Origin: an uncultured Gammaproteobacteria bacterium
GTDB taxonomy: Bacteria; Patescibacteriota; Microgenomatia; Levybacterales; GWA1-39-11
Direction: 5' to 3'
DNA: 64,000 nt
Assembly (NCBI GenBank): GCA_964472415.1
Contig: CAYYLC010000003.1
Span: 96,075-160,074 of the forward strand
The notes beneath the pieces were generated by a model. It saw only the letters and a list, made by a program, of their open reading frames with translations, was not told the DNA's origin and ran no database searches. The stretch's first letter is position 1, and every line of letters begins with the position of its first letter. A program made the translations under genes and the position numbers. This document shows positions 1 through 12,398 of this stretch, in pieces.

Positions 1-999
1 CTTTGCAAGATGTGCAATTTTTGCAACAAGCACCGATTTGTTTACTTGATAAGGAAGTTGTGTAATGATGATTGCGCTCTTGCCTTGCCCAATTTCTTCG
101 ATATTTGCGATACCACGAATAATAATCTTTCCACGTCCAGTTTGATATGTATTAACTATTTCTGTTTGATCATAAATTGCTCCACCTGTTGGAAAATCTG
201 GTCCCTTTATAAATTCTAGAAGCTCATCGATTGTGACATTTGATGTTAGCGTTACTTTTTTACTGAGATAGTCCCCTTCCTCGATTGTTTGATAGGCAGG
301 CGTTTGCGCATCATTTGCCTCCCTCTCTTCCTCTTCAGCAATCTCATTAGCTGCTTCTTTCGGACTCTCTGCGTCTACCGTAATTTCTGCATTAAATTCA
401 GTTTTTGTGATCGTATATAGTACTGCATCCACTACCTCGCCCAGATTATGAGGTGGGATTTTTGTGGCCATACCGACTGCGATTCCTTCAGATCCAGAGA
501 GTAAAAGGTTTGGAATTTTTGCTGGCAGATACATTGGTTCTTTCATGGTGCCATCAAAATTATCGGTAAACTCTACCGTTTCTTTTTCTAAATCTTGGAG
601 CATTTCCATGGCAAGTGGCATGAGTTTTGCCTCAGTGTAACGCATAGCGGCTGGTGGATCTCCATCTACTGAGCCGAAGTTTCCTTGGCCGTTTACAAGC
701 GGATATCGCATGGAGAAATCTTGCGCGAGACGCACTAATGCATCGTAGATTGGGCCATCTCCATGCGGATGATATTTTCCCATTGCTTCTCCGACGATCT
801 TAGCGCTCTTTGCAAATTTCGCCTGTGGAGAAAGATTCATATCAGACATCGCATATAAAATTCTGCGGTGTACCGGTTTTAATCCATCACGAATATCAGG
901 AAGTGCACGAGAGACGATAACACTCATCGCATAGTCTAGATATGCTTTTTTCGCCTCTTTTGCGATCTCAACTACTTCTAGTTTTCCAATATCTTGCAT
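1..999 (-). CDS. gyrA: DNA gyrase subunit A, N-terminal part (runs off window start)
   Basis: Not in the ORF track. Manual translation from ATG 999 gives [49 protein letters not shown]...YHPHGD...AAMRYTE...[15 protein letters not shown]...GPDFPTGG. Confidence 0.97.
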   Translation of the reverse strand, partial: MQDIGKLEVVEIAKEAKKAYLDYAMSVIVSRALPDIRDGLKPVHRRILYAMSDMNLSPQAKFAKSAKIVGEAMGKYHPHGDGPIYDALVRLAQDFSMRYPLVNGQGNFGSVDGDPPAAMRYTEAKLMPLAMEMLQDLEKETVEFTDNFDGTMKEPMYLPAKIPNLLLSGSEGIAVGMATKIPPHNLGEVVDAVLYTITKTEFNAEITVDAESPKEAANEIAEEEEREANDAQTPAYQTIEEGDYLSKKVTLTSNVTIDELLEFIKGPDFPTGGAIYDQTEIVNTYQTGRGKIIIRGIANIEEIGQGKSAIIITQLPYQVNKSVLVAKIAHLAK

Positions 1000-1059
1000 A
1001 TTAATTTAAATAAATACTAGCCAATAGGTAATATGTATTTATTACCTATTTACTATTAT

Positions 1060-1572
1060 CTACTTAGCATTTTTTATTCCGTTTTCGATTTCTTTTACTG
1101 CTGCATCTTTTTCAGCCCAGCCTTTTACTCGTACCCATTTCCCTTCATCCAAATCCTTGTATCGTTCAAAGAAGTGTTTGATTTTATTCTTAATATTTTC
1201 AGGGATGTCGTCTAGATTCGACAAATTTCCATATGTGATATCGCCAGTTACAGCCGGAACCGCAACCACTTTATTATCGAGTCCGCTCTCGTCTTCCATC
1301 TCAAGAAGAGCAATTGGCTTTGCAGCCAAGATTACTCCCGGCATAACAGACTGCTCAGAAAGAATCAGTACATCTACTGGATCTCCGTCTCCGGAAAGTG
1401 TTCCTGGAACGAATCCATAATTACATGGATAATTCATAGTTGTCATTCCAAATCTGTCTACAGCAATCATTCCAGATTCTTTGTCAAATTCGTATTTTAC
1501 ATTTGTGTCCTTAGGGATTTCAATGATAACATTTACTTCCCCAGGCGCCTTTTTTCCGTATGATATCTTCAT
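1060..1572 (-). CDS. ppa: Inorganic pyrophosphatase (family I)
   Basis: IEIPK..KYE, YPCNYG, GDGDPVDV and FFERYKDL motifs; GGAGGTG RBS upstream. Confidence 0.95.
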   Translation of the reverse strand: MKISYGKKAPGEVNVIIEIPKDTNVKYEFDKESGMIAVDRFGMTTMNYPCNYGFVPGTLSGDGDPVDVLILSEQSVMPGVILAAKPIALLEMEDESGLDNKVVAVPAVTGDITYGNLSNLDDIPENIKNKIKHFFERYKDLDEGKWVRVKGWAEKDAAVKEIENGIKNAK

Positions 1573-1596
1573 GTAAATAAATTCACCTCCTTTTTA

Positions 1597-3576
<1,980 letters not shown>

Positions 3577-3689
3577 TTACCCGTACAAAAGTCAAAGCGT
3601 AAGGTCTAGTTTTTCCTATGCCAATGGGCTAAATGAATGATTATTTTTCTGATTACTATTCTAGAAGAGGATACGCTCAAATGAGCATG

Positions 3690-3761
3690 AAAAAACCACC
3701 TCTTGAATTAACATCACTACTCTACTGAGTAGCAATCCCACGAGTGTGGGAAGAGGTGGTT
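3690..3761 (-). terminator. Branched stem-loop ending in a U-tract, between the hypothetical gene and gyrB
   Basis: AACCACCTCTT (3694-3704) pairs with AAGAGGTGGTT (3751-3761) and encloses two internal hairpins; a T-run follows on the - strand. Confidence 0.55.
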
Positions 3762-3806
3762 GGTTTGGAGGAGCGAGTGCGAAGGCGCACAGGATTTTTG
3801 CTCTGT

Positions 3807-4376
3807 TTACGAGCCTGTATGTGTTGATTGCGTGCCTGAGTGCGCAATTGATATGTCTTTGGCGTATGCATCCTCAGCTATCAGTATGCGCTGAACAAGA
3901 TCCTGCCGTAATTCCGATGAAAAATTACCAGAAGAGATTGCTTGGTATGCAGCTTTTATGATAGCCTCAAATGCCTTTTCATGATCTTCGGAGAGATATA
4001 TTCTTCGCTCTACCATTCGTAAGGTTTCATCCCGAGCTCTGCTTACTTGATAATCGTTGTTTGATAGCCAGTCTGGGAAATTACTTACTGTGAAGGAACG
4101 ACCAGGTATCGGAGGTGTGAGAGATGTTTTTAGTATTTTGTCTACTTGGGGCATGATCATGATCCAAAGTAGTACTACTAGCATAGTACCGATAAGATGC
4201 CAGAAAACAAATTCGCTATCTGGCGTGTCTATAATTGTCTTAATTCCGAAGCCACCAAAGAACCATGTCCCTGGAACTATTAGGAAACAGAAGAAGCGTT
4301 TGTTGTTTCTTGCACTTTCTTTTTGCCAATCCATTTGAAGTGATTCAAGTGCACTCATCCTTATTGTTTCTGACAT
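3807..4376 (-). CDS. Hypothetical membrane protein (2 predicted TM segments)
   Basis: 189 aa ORF with GGAGG RBS and two hydrophobic segments; no recognised family. Confidence 0.7.
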   Translation of the reverse strand: MSETIRMSALESLQMDWQKESARNNKRFFCFLIVPGTWFFGGFGIKTIIDTPDSEFVFWHLIGTMLVVLLWIMIMPQVDKILKTSLTPPIPGRSFTVSNFPDWLSNNDYQVSRARDETLRMVERRIYLSEDHEKAFEAIIKAAYQAISSGNFSSELRQDLVQRILIAEDAYAKDISIAHSGTQSTHTGS

Positions 4377-4490
4377 TGCTTTCCTCCAATTGTAAATGTT
4401 CTTTTGCGATGGGTATTTCGGCGATTGAAATACGTCACAAGTGCACAGATTATACTAGATTATAGGATTATAAATCAACAAGAATTTTAA

Positions 4491-5693
4491 CTACTGGATT
4501 TGGGAAATGAGGCCATAAATAGGGGTAATTACTGCCATAATTAAGAATGCGACTGAAACTCCGAGTACGATAATGAGGATCGGTTCAATTGCGGTGGTAA
4601 GATTTTTTACTTTTAGATCAAGATCTCTTGCGAAATACTCTGAGACTTTTAGAAGACTTTCATCAATTTTTCCTGTAGCTTCTCCTACTTTCACCATCTG
4701 GACCATGATGGGTGGGAAGACTTTTTGATTCTCGAGCGCCAAAGAAAGTCCTGCGCCCTTTTCCACCATAGTTGCGGCATTGAGAAGGGATGTGCGGTAG
4801 TATACGTTTCCAGAAACATCTGCTGCGATCCTGATGGCAGAAATGAGTGATGAACCGGACGACACAAGGAGTGAGAGAGTCCGTGATATTTCATCAAATG
4901 ATGAGAGTTTGACAATATCTCCGAATACTGGCATTTTGAGTTTTATTTTATCTATTATTTTCACCCCTGCAGGAGTTTTTGAATATTTTCGTAAAAATAT
5001 AGCACCGCTGATTATCCCAATGATAAGGAGCGGAAGAAAGGTCCGGGTAAGGTTTGATGAGGTAACGACGATTTTTGTCATAAGTGGAAGTTCCAGATCG
5101 AGACTTTCGTATAAGTCTCCGAGTTGTGGAATTACAAATATATTCATAAGAATGATTACGACAAATACTCCTGATACGATGATAGCTGGATAGAAAAGTG
5201 CTGATCTGACACGTTTTTTTGTCTCCTCAGACTTTTCCATATTATCAGCAAGACGAACCAAGACTTTATCTAGGAGCCCGCCCTCTTCTGCTGCTTTTAT
5301 GAGAGAAATATATACATTTGAAAAAATTTCATGGTGTCTTTCGAGCGCTTCGGAGAGCGCCCTTCCTTCTGAGATGTCTGCTATTAGCTCATCTATAAGT
5401 TTTTTCATTGTAGGCTTCTCAGCTTGTTTTTGAAGAAGAGTAAGAGATTCTATGAGCGTGAGTCCGGTGAGCGTCATGGAGGAAAGTTGACGGGTAAATA
5501 TCACGATATCAGCATTTGTCACCCGATTAAAATATGACAAAATAGTGGACTGATTTTTCTCTAACGACTCAATCTTTATGGGGGTGAGATTTTTTTTCCG
5601 AAGGTACTCTACTACATCCTTTTCATTGCCTGCCTCGATTTGCCCGATTTGTTTTTTTCCATCAGAAAGTGCTGCTGTGTATTTAAATTCCAT
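4491..5693 (-). CDS. pilC: Type IV pilus platform protein (GspF/PilC family)
   Basis: FTRQLSSM, AAEEGGLLD, ALFYP, VGEATGKID, IEPILI motifs. Confidence 0.93.
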   Translation of the reverse strand: MEFKYTAALSDGKKQIGQIEAGNEKDVVEYLRKKNLTPIKIESLEKNQSTILSYFNRVTNADIVIFTRQLSSMTLTGLTLIESLTLLQKQAEKPTMKKLIDELIADISEGRALSEALERHHEIFSNVYISLIKAAEEGGLLDKVLVRLADNMEKSEETKKRVRSALFYPAIIVSGVFVVIILMNIFVIPQLGDLYESLDLELPLMTKIVVTSSNLTRTFLPLLIIGIISGAIFLRKYSKTPAGVKIIDKIKLKMPVFGDIVKLSSFDEISRTLSLLVSSGSSLISAIRIAADVSGNVYYRTSLLNAATMVEKGAGLSLALENQKVFPPIMVQMVKVGEATGKIDESLLKVSEYFARDLDLKVKNLTTAIEPILIIVLGVSVAFLIMAVITPIYGLISQIQ

Positions 5694-5694
5694 A

Positions 5695-6774
5695 TTATCC
5701 GAGCAATTTATTGAACAATTCCTGCCTTAAAACATAGCTCTTTGCAATTTCAAGTGTCACAACGCCATTTCGGACAAGTGTAGCAAGAGATGCCTCCATG
5801 GTATTCATCCCAGCATCTGTTGAGGTTTCCAGAATAGAATCTATTAAGTGTGTTTTCGCTTCACGAATATTTGATCTGATAGCATTATTTGCAACAAGAA
5901 TCTCCGTAGCGACAACTCGGGTTCCATTGATGCTTGGGATGAGTCTTTGAGAGATTATGCCAGCGAGTGCTGAGGATAGTTGAATTCGAGCCTGATTTTG
6001 CTGATTTTCCGGGAATGTATCGATAATTCTATCGATGCTTTGAGAGGCAGAATTTGTATGAAGCGTAGAAAATACGAGATGCCCAGTTTCGGCAATGGTG
6101 ATTGCTGATGCGATACTTTCTGGGTCTCGCATTTCCCCAATAACTACCACATTTGGGTCCTCGCGCAAAATACTTTTCAGGGCCTCATTCCATGAGTGGG
6201 TGTCCTGTCCTATCTCACGTTGTGATATGATGCTCTTTCCTTTGGGGTATACATATTCTATTGGATCTTCTATAGTAATAATATTTTCAGACCTCGTCAT
6301 GTTTATCTCATTTACCATTGAAGCGATTGTGGTAGTTTTTCCGTGTCCAGTCGGCCCTGCAATAAGTACAAAGCCTTGACGAAATCCAGAAAATGTGTGG
6401 CATATTTTCGGGAGATGAAGTTCTTCTATTGTTTTGACTGTTGCAGGAAGGAGCCTGAGAGATGCGGCCATTGTGCCTCTTTGGAAAAATGCGTTGATCC
6501 TGAATCGTCCGCGGTCTCCATAGTTCCCATCTCCAAATCCATATGAGAAATCAATACTTCTATTTGCGATGAATATGTCCTTTTGCTGCTCTGTGAGAAG
6601 TTCAAGTATGAGTCGTCGTGTAAGCTCTTTTGGGAGCTCGGGGTAATTCTCAAGCTGACGAAGTAACCCATTGATTCGAAGGATTGGCTTAGATCCTGCG
6701 ACGATATGGAGATCTGATGCATGATTATTAATGGTTTGATTGAGTAAATCGTGAATAGAAATATTTGCTTCCAT
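5695..6774 (-). CDS. pilT: Type IV pilus retraction ATPase
   Basis: ASDLHI, GPTGHGKTTT, TIEDPIEY, LREDPNVVVIGEMRD, AETGHLVFSTLHT, AIRSNIRE. Confidence 0.95.
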   Translation of the reverse strand: MEANISIHDLLNQTINNHASDLHIVAGSKPILRINGLLRQLENYPELPKELTRRLILELLTEQQKDIFIANRSIDFSYGFGDGNYGDRGRFRINAFFQRGTMAASLRLLPATVKTIEELHLPKICHTFSGFRQGFVLIAGPTGHGKTTTIASMVNEINMTRSENIITIEDPIEYVYPKGKSIISQREIGQDTHSWNEALKSILREDPNVVVIGEMRDPESIASAITIAETGHLVFSTLHTNSASQSIDRIIDTFPENQQNQARIQLSSALAGIISQRLIPSINGTRVVATEILVANNAIRSNIREAKTHLIDSILETSTDAGMNTMEASLATLVRNGVVTLEIAKSYVLRQELFNKLLG

Positions 6775-6851
6775 ATTGAGATTAATTTTTAACTATTAGG
6801 TTCAGATTTTCAGATATTTTATAATTTGTATTTATCATAATTTTCACATTG

Positions 6852-8663
6852 TTATTCCTGAGCAACTCGGAGAATCTCATCAATTGTTGTTTGTCCATCG
6901 AGTACTTTCAAATAACCGTCCTGTTTCATTGTGATCATCCCTTCAGCACGGGCTTGCTTCTCAAGAGTTGCACTATCTGCGCGTTGCAAGATAAGCCTTG
7001 CGAGTGCTTCGGAAATGGGCATTACTTCAAAGACTCCAATTCGCCCCAAAAACCCTGAATGTCCGCATTTTTCGCATCCTGTTCCTTTATATAACTTTAC
7101 CGCACTGTCTGCTACTTGTGGCATTAGCTCTCCAAGTATTTTTCTGATTTCTGCAACTATTTCTCGGGGTGGTGTGTAGTTTGTTTTACAATCCGGACAG
7201 ATTTTTCGTGCAATCCTTTGACCAAGGCTTGCGGTGATGGTGGATGCGAGAAGAAATGTTTCTGCTCCCATGTCAATGAGTCGTGGGAGTGCTCCGGCCG
7301 CATTTGAGGTATGAAGTGTAGAGAATACAAGATGTCCAGTAAGCGCAGCTTGAATCGCGAGTTCTGTTGTTTCTTGATCTCGAATTTCTCCTACCAGGAT
7401 AATGTTTGGGTCTTGACGAAGAAATGATCGAAGTCCTGATGCGAAGGTTAGGCCTACTTCAGGGTTTATCTGGACCTGATTAGCTCCATGAATCTGGTAT
7501 TCTATTGGATCTTCAAGCGTGAGGATATTTACTCTTGTAGTGTTAAGTTTTGAAAGTACGGAATACAAAGTGGTAGTTTTCCCTGATCCAGTTGGTCCAC
7601 AGACGAGAATGATTCCGTGCGGTCTAAGGATTGCAGCTTCTAGGGTACGCAAGGATGGACCAGTTAGTCCGAGCTCCTGTAGTGTAGGCACACCGCCCGA
7701 TTTTTTCAAAAGTCGCATGACGATTTTTTCGCCGAACGCTGCAGGGAGTGAGCTAACACGAAGATCTACTTCTTCTTGACCAACTTTGAAATTAAATCTC
7801 CCATCCTGAGGAGTCCTGTGTTCATCAATCTTCATCCCAGATAGAATTTTGATTCGAGAAATTACTGCCTCGCGGACTCCTACTGGGAGCGAGAGCCGTT
7901 CATATAAAATTCCATCAATTCGATATCTTACACGGATTCTATCTGCTTGAGGTTCTATATGAACATCAGAAGCACGACTTTTTACTGCATATTCTAGAAT
8001 TGTTGATACGATTTTTGCGATTGGTGCTTCTTTAATGACTGACGAAATCGTGTCCTTATCAAATGTTTTTACTTTTTGGATTTGCTCGCTTTCTTTGAGT
8101 GCAGCCTTTACTTCTCCAACGAGCCCGAAGCTGTATTGCGTTTGGATTGCATTGTTAATTTCACTCGGTACTCCTTGGAAGGTTTTTATTTGCATTCCGC
8201 TTTTTTGAGAGATAAAGCTAATTGCTTCAAGATCTGAAGGATTACTCATGACAACTGAGAGCATTTTGGTATTTGGATCAATTGCAAATGGAATCAAGCG
8301 AAAACGCTCTGCAACGGATTTTGGAATTGCCCCCAATGCTTCTGGAGAAAATGGAAGTGTCGAAACTGATGCAAATGCTATCCCATATAGTTTGCTTCGG
8401 GCCTCATAATATTGTTCTTCTGGGACAATTTGCGCATCGAGGATAAGTTTGTCGACGGCAATATTTCGCTTTAGCGCCTCAACCTTTAGTTGTTCAACTT
8501 GTTCAGGACGCAAAATCCCATCAACGACCAGAACGTCGCCGACGTTGCGCGTGGCATTTGTGGGGCTATGCGCAGGATTCACGGTTTTGTTTCCCACAGG
8601 ATTATTTTGGGCAGGTTGTTGCACTCTATAATCGTATTCGATAGAATGCTTGCAGTCAACCAT
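6852..8663 (-). CDS. pilB: Type IV pilus extension ATPase (GspE/PilB); true start may be GTG near 8624
   Basis: ASDVHIEP, GPTGSGKTTT, LRQDPNIILVGEIRD, CPDC...CEKC zinc motif. Confidence 0.94.
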   Translation of the reverse strand: MVDCKHSIEYDYRVQQPAQNNPVGNKTVNPAHSPTNATRNVGDVLVVDGILRPEQVEQLKVEALKRNIAVDKLILDAQIVPEEQYYEARSKLYGIAFASVSTLPFSPEALGAIPKSVAERFRLIPFAIDPNTKMLSVVMSNPSDLEAISFISQKSGMQIKTFQGVPSEINNAIQTQYSFGLVGEVKAALKESEQIQKVKTFDKDTISSVIKEAPIAKIVSTILEYAVKSRASDVHIEPQADRIRVRYRIDGILYERLSLPVGVREAVISRIKILSGMKIDEHRTPQDGRFNFKVGQEEVDLRVSSLPAAFGEKIVMRLLKKSGGVPTLQELGLTGPSLRTLEAAILRPHGIILVCGPTGSGKTTTLYSVLSKLNTTRVNILTLEDPIEYQIHGANQVQINPEVGLTFASGLRSFLRQDPNIILVGEIRDQETTELAIQAALTGHLVFSTLHTSNAAGALPRLIDMGAETFLLASTITASLGQRIARKICPDCKTNYTPPREIVAEIRKILGELMPQVADSAVKLYKGTGCEKCGHSGFLGRIGVFEVMPISEALARLILQRADSATLEKQARAEGMITMKQDGYLKVLDGQTTIDEILRVAQE

Positions 8664-8674
8664 TTTTAGTATAA

Positions 8675-9313
8675 ATGAGAAGTTTTATTATCACTGGAAG
8701 TAAAAAAAAACGAAATGAATTTATTCAGTCATTTATAGCTGAGGAGGAAATTCTGCCTCACGCAGTTACAGAGTATTCCGAGGATATTAAAATAAAAAAA
8801 GCCAAAGAGATTCGCATGAATCTTTTGCAGAAACACTCAGAAAAACGACTCATCGTAATCAATAGCCCGATAAACCTTCCTTCGCAGAATGCTCTTTTGA
8901 AAAGTTTTGAAGAGTTGCCAAATATGGTTTCTGTAATTATTTCTCTTGATACGTTGAATGGAGTCTTGCAGACAATGCGGTCCAGATTCTTTTTGAAGCA
9001 TTTTCTTGACGAACTATCTGTGGAAGGGCAAGAGGTGCAGCTTGCATATGATGATGTGGGGAGGCGCATTTTGGCTGCAGATAGTTTTCTTACTGCTTTG
9101 GAAGTAGACGCAAAAAGCGCAATAGATGAATTTATAAAATATTACAGGAGAGATTTTTTGAAAACTATAGCGGAGAAAGATGAGAAGATGATACGGTTAC
9201 ATTTGAGTATTTTAAAAAATCTTATAAAAACCTCTCAGCTTGTAAAGTTTAATAATGTAAATCTTCGTCTTGGAGTTGAGGCAAGTATTCTTCCAAAAGC
9301 TATTTTCAAATAA
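8675..9313 (+). CDS. DNA polymerase III delta-prime-like clamp loader subunit (short form)
   Basis: SQNALLKSFEE and TMRSR resemble HolB NALLKxLEEP and TIRSR. Confidence 0.65.
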   Translation: MRSFIITGSKKKRNEFIQSFIAEEEILPHAVTEYSEDIKIKKAKEIRMNLLQKHSEKRLIVINSPINLPSQNALLKSFEELPNMVSVIISLDTLNGVLQTMRSRFFLKHFLDELSVEGQEVQLAYDDVGRRILAADSFLTALEVDAKSAIDEFIKYYRRDFLKTIAEKDEKMIRLHLSILKNLIKTSQLVKFNNVNLRLGVEASILPKAIFK

Positions 9314-9352
9314 GGCTTGACAAAGATTTTTTAATATGATTAGCTAATTTTA

Positions 9353-9925
9353 ATGAAATTATCTGCTCACAAAACTCTGCAAAAAGGTTTCACACTAATC
9401 GAGCTTTTAGTCGTTATTGGAATTTTAGGAATTCTTGCGGCAGCACTTGTTGCAACTATTGACCCATTTGAGCAAATCCAAAAAGGAGAAGATTCAAAGA
9501 TAAAAAACATGGCTGTAGAATTTCATACTGGTCTTGTCCGCTACTACACTACTCATGGATCATTCCCTTGGAATGATGTTAATAGTGATAACACAGATTG
9601 TACCGCACTTGGAGCAGGTGCTATTGATGCACTCACGTTGAATGCAAATGGCATGATTGATTGTCTAGAGGGTTCGAGTTATAGCTTGATAGACGATGGT
9701 GAGCTGAAGGCTGCATTCACCAGTAATGAGAATGATCTTGCAGAGGTTCATGTAAGCTGGGATCCATCAAATGGAAGTGATGTGGTGATATGTTTTGCTC
9801 CGGTATCGAAAGCTCAAAAGGCATCATCTGAAACGAAATATAACGACGATGGAACTGATGCGGATCCAAATGTTTGCCCAGATGCGGATGTAGCTGATGG
9901 TACCTGTTACTGGTGTACTCGATAA
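9353..9925 (+). CDS. Type IV pilin (candidate major pilin)
   Basis: QKG-FTLIELLVVIGILGILAA class III signal; C-terminal cysteines. Confidence 0.9.
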   Translation: MKLSAHKTLQKGFTLIELLVVIGILGILAAALVATIDPFEQIQKGEDSKIKNMAVEFHTGLVRYYTTHGSFPWNDVNSDNTDCTALGAGAIDALTLNANGMIDCLEGSSYSLIDDGELKAAFTSNENDLAEVHVSWDPSNGSDVVICFAPVSKAQKASSETKYNDDGTDADPNVCPDADVADGTCYWCTR

Positions 9926-10701
9926 ACTTGAATCTTCTCTCTTTTTTTCAATATTCTATAATTTTTCTTTTTGGGATTTGCCTAGGAAGCTTTCTGAATG
10001 TTGTGATTGATCGTTTTGCGACGAATCGTTCAGTTCTAAAAGGAAGATCGTATTGCGAGCACTGTAAGAGGACACTCTCAGCTATTGATTTGGTTCCGAT
10101 TTTTTCCTTCCTATTTCTTCAAGGAAAATGTAGATCTTGTAATAAAAAAATCCCACTGAGATTATTTTTGGTGGAACTTTTGGGGGGAGCCACTCTTCTG
10201 TATTTGTTTTACCAGTATTTCTTTTTAAACATAGCAAGTTTTATCGTATTATCAATAATTATTTTCATATTCATTGCAATATTTTTTATTGATTTAGAAT
10301 TTGGAATAATACCTGATAAATTGAGTATTCCTTTGACAATCTTTTCTGTCATATATGTTTTAATTTCTGGGAATAACCTATATATTCATGTGTTTGCGGC
10401 ATTCGGATCACTTCTCTTTTTCATGTGTCTATTTTTTCTTACAAAAGGACGAGGTATGGGGTTTGGGGATGTGAAGATTTCATTTGCGCTTGGCATGATT
10501 CTCGGATTCCCTTTAGTAGTTTATGGTCTTTATTTGGCTTTCTTGACAGGTGCTATAGTCTCAATCATACTGGTATTATGGAAAAAGAAGAGCTTCAAAA
10601 AAAGCACCGTCCCATTCGGACCATTTCTCGTGGGATCCACTCTATTTACCATGTTTTTCTCAGATATTTTTATCCACCCTCTTATAAGAATTCTTTTTTG
10701 A
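9913..10701 (+). CDS. pilD: Prepilin peptidase (A24)
   Basis: GSFLNVVIDR, RSYCEHC...GKCRSC, GMGFGDVK, VPFGPFL. Confidence 0.93.
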   Translation: MYSINLNLLSFFQYSIIFLFGICLGSFLNVVIDRFATNRSVLKGRSYCEHCKRTLSAIDLVPIFSFLFLQGKCRSCNKKIPLRLFLVELLGGATLLYLFYQYFFLNIASFIVLSIIIFIFIAIFFIDLEFGIIPDKLSIPLTIFSVIYVLISGNNLYIHVFAAFGSLLFFMCLFFLTKGRGMGFGDVKISFALGMILGFPLVVYGLYLAFLTGAIVSIILVLWKKKSFKKSTVPFGPFLVGSTLFTMFFSDIFIHPLIRILF

Positions 10702-11300
10702 GTTCATTGTTAATTGGTTCACATTTTTCAATTCGTAGTGCTCGATCCCAGAAAGGCTTTACTCTTATAGAGATTATTACTGCACTTGGAGTCTTAGCAG
10801 TTCTTGCCTCAATTGCACTTGTTGTGATTAACCCAGTAGCGCAATTCCAGAAAGCACAAGACGCGAGAAGGAAAAGTGATCTTGCACAAATTCAACGTGC
10901 ATTAGAGGCGTATTATCAAGATTTCGGACAATACCCTTCTTTTACTGGTTGTTGTCAGACAAGTAGCCCTGGAGAATTTCCATTTACCATAAACACTGGC
11001 GAAGGAGATCGAAATGATGCTATTGAGTGGGGAACGACGTGGGCGCCTTATATGGACATACTTCCTGTCGATCCAAATTCAAGCAAATTTTATGTATATT
11101 GGTCGGATGCAAATAACGGATTTCAAACATATAGAATTTATGCATCTTTGGATAGAGGTGACTCAGATCCAGACGCTTGTAATAATGGATTAGCATGTAG
11201 TTCTGTTCCTATCCCGGATGGGTCTTCTGCCCAGCTTACTTGTGGATTATCCGGTCAGATATGTAGTTATGGAGTAACGAGTCCGAATGTTTCACCCTAG
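10698..11300 (+). CDS. Type IV pilin-like protein (start re-called at TTG 10698)
   Basis: QKG-FTLIEIITAL and DARRKSDL..I..ALE.YY; TTGA overlap with the pilD stop. Confidence 0.85.
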   Translation: MSSLLIGSHFSIRSARSQKGFTLIEIITALGVLAVLASIALVVINPVAQFQKAQDARRKSDLAQIQRALEAYYQDFGQYPSFTGCCQTSSPGEFPFTINTGEGDRNDAIEWGTTWAPYMDILPVDPNSSKFYVYWSDANNGFQTYRIYASLDRGDSDPDACNNGLACSSVPIPDGSSAQLTCGLSGQICSYGVTSPNVSP

Positions 11301-11327
11301 GATGGAATATCATGGTATGATAATTAT

Positions 11328-11762
11328 ATGAGAAAAAGAAATGGATTTACCCTCATCGAGCTTCTCGTGGTAATTTCTGTTATTGCTATTTTGACAACAC
11401 TTCTGATGGCAAATTTTGTAGGAATTAGGCAGCGCGGGAGAGACGGTCAGAGAAAATCAAATCTTTATAATATGCAATCTGCCTTAGAGTTGTATCGTGC
11501 GGATGTGGGAGCATATCCTGAAAGTGGTGCATTTCCAGGATGCGGACAGCAACTTGCGAACGGAGATGCCATATATATGCAAGAAGTTCCTTGCGATCCT
11601 ACGGGTGATGAGGTGGATTATGACTATGAAAGTTTAGATGGAATTTCATATATTATTATTGCGTGCTTAGAGAATGAGAATGACTCTGATCGCGATGATG
11701 CGGATATGTATGCTCAGAGTAATTGTGATACCCCAGCATCTTTTACCTTGACAAATCCGTAA
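11328..11762 (+). CDS. Type IV pilin / GspG-like pseudopilin
   Basis: RNG-FTLIELLVVISVIAIL, RDGQRKSNL...ALELYRAD.G.YP. Confidence 0.9.
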   Translation: MRKRNGFTLIELLVVISVIAILTTLLMANFVGIRQRGRDGQRKSNLYNMQSALELYRADVGAYPESGAFPGCGQQLANGDAIYMQEVPCDPTGDEVDYDYESLDGISYIIIACLENENDSDRDDADMYAQSNCDTPASFTLTNP

Positions 11763-11811
11763 AAAATTATGGGTTTAGAGTGGAGAATTGGAAATTAGAA
11801 TTACATGAAAA

Positions 11812-12396
11812 ATGGGAATATTACGAAAGAAATTATTACAGATAAAGGATACATTCTCTTCTCGTTTTTTTCAAATCTTAGTTCTTAACTCTCAGCTTCA
11901 AAAAGGCTTTACTATTATTGAGCTTTTGGTAGTGATTACTCTCGTAGGTGTTGTTTCTGGTGTCGGGATATTTTCACTCGTTAATTACGGAAATACTCAG
12001 ACTATTGAACAAGCTGTGAGTAATATAAAAGGGATTTTTGAAGAGGCAAAATTTAATGCTATCTCTTCTGTTCGAATATCTATGGACGATGATGGGCAGG
12101 CGCTTAACTGTGCCGGTGATTTAACATCATATCGTGTAGATATAATTCCTTCGTCAGAAATTCCTGATAGGTTTGTGCTTTTCATGGAATGTGAAGGAGG
12201 ATTTGATCAAGTGAGGACGTATGCTCTGCCGAATAATGTAGACTTAGGGGTTGAAACGACGTGTGATGAGATAACCTATGAATCGGTAGATTTAGTGGCA
12301 TCTGAGCTGAATGGCCTTCCTTGTTATATCGAAGTAGTAGGATTTGGTCAGGAAAAACTGATAGAAATAGATGAGCTTGGAAACGTTAGGATCTAA
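11812..12396 (+). CDS. Minor pilin (FimT/FimU-like)
   Basis: QKG-FTIIELLVVI; C-terminal I.IDELGNV pattern. Confidence 0.8.
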   Translation: MGILRKKLLQIKDTFSSRFFQILVLNSQLQKGFTIIELLVVITLVGVVSGVGIFSLVNYGNTQTIEQAVSNIKGIFEEAKFNAISSVRISMDDDGQALNCAGDLTSYRVDIIPSSEIPDRFVLFMECEGGFDQVRTYALPNNVDLGVETTCDEITYESVDLVASELNGLPCYIEVVGFGQEKLIEIDELGNVRI

Positions 12397-12398
12397 TA

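Noticed and set aside
10425-10697. N-terminal 91 codons of ORF 10425-11300
   Set aside because: Overlaps pilD in another frame; the prepilin motif indicates a start near TTG 10698.
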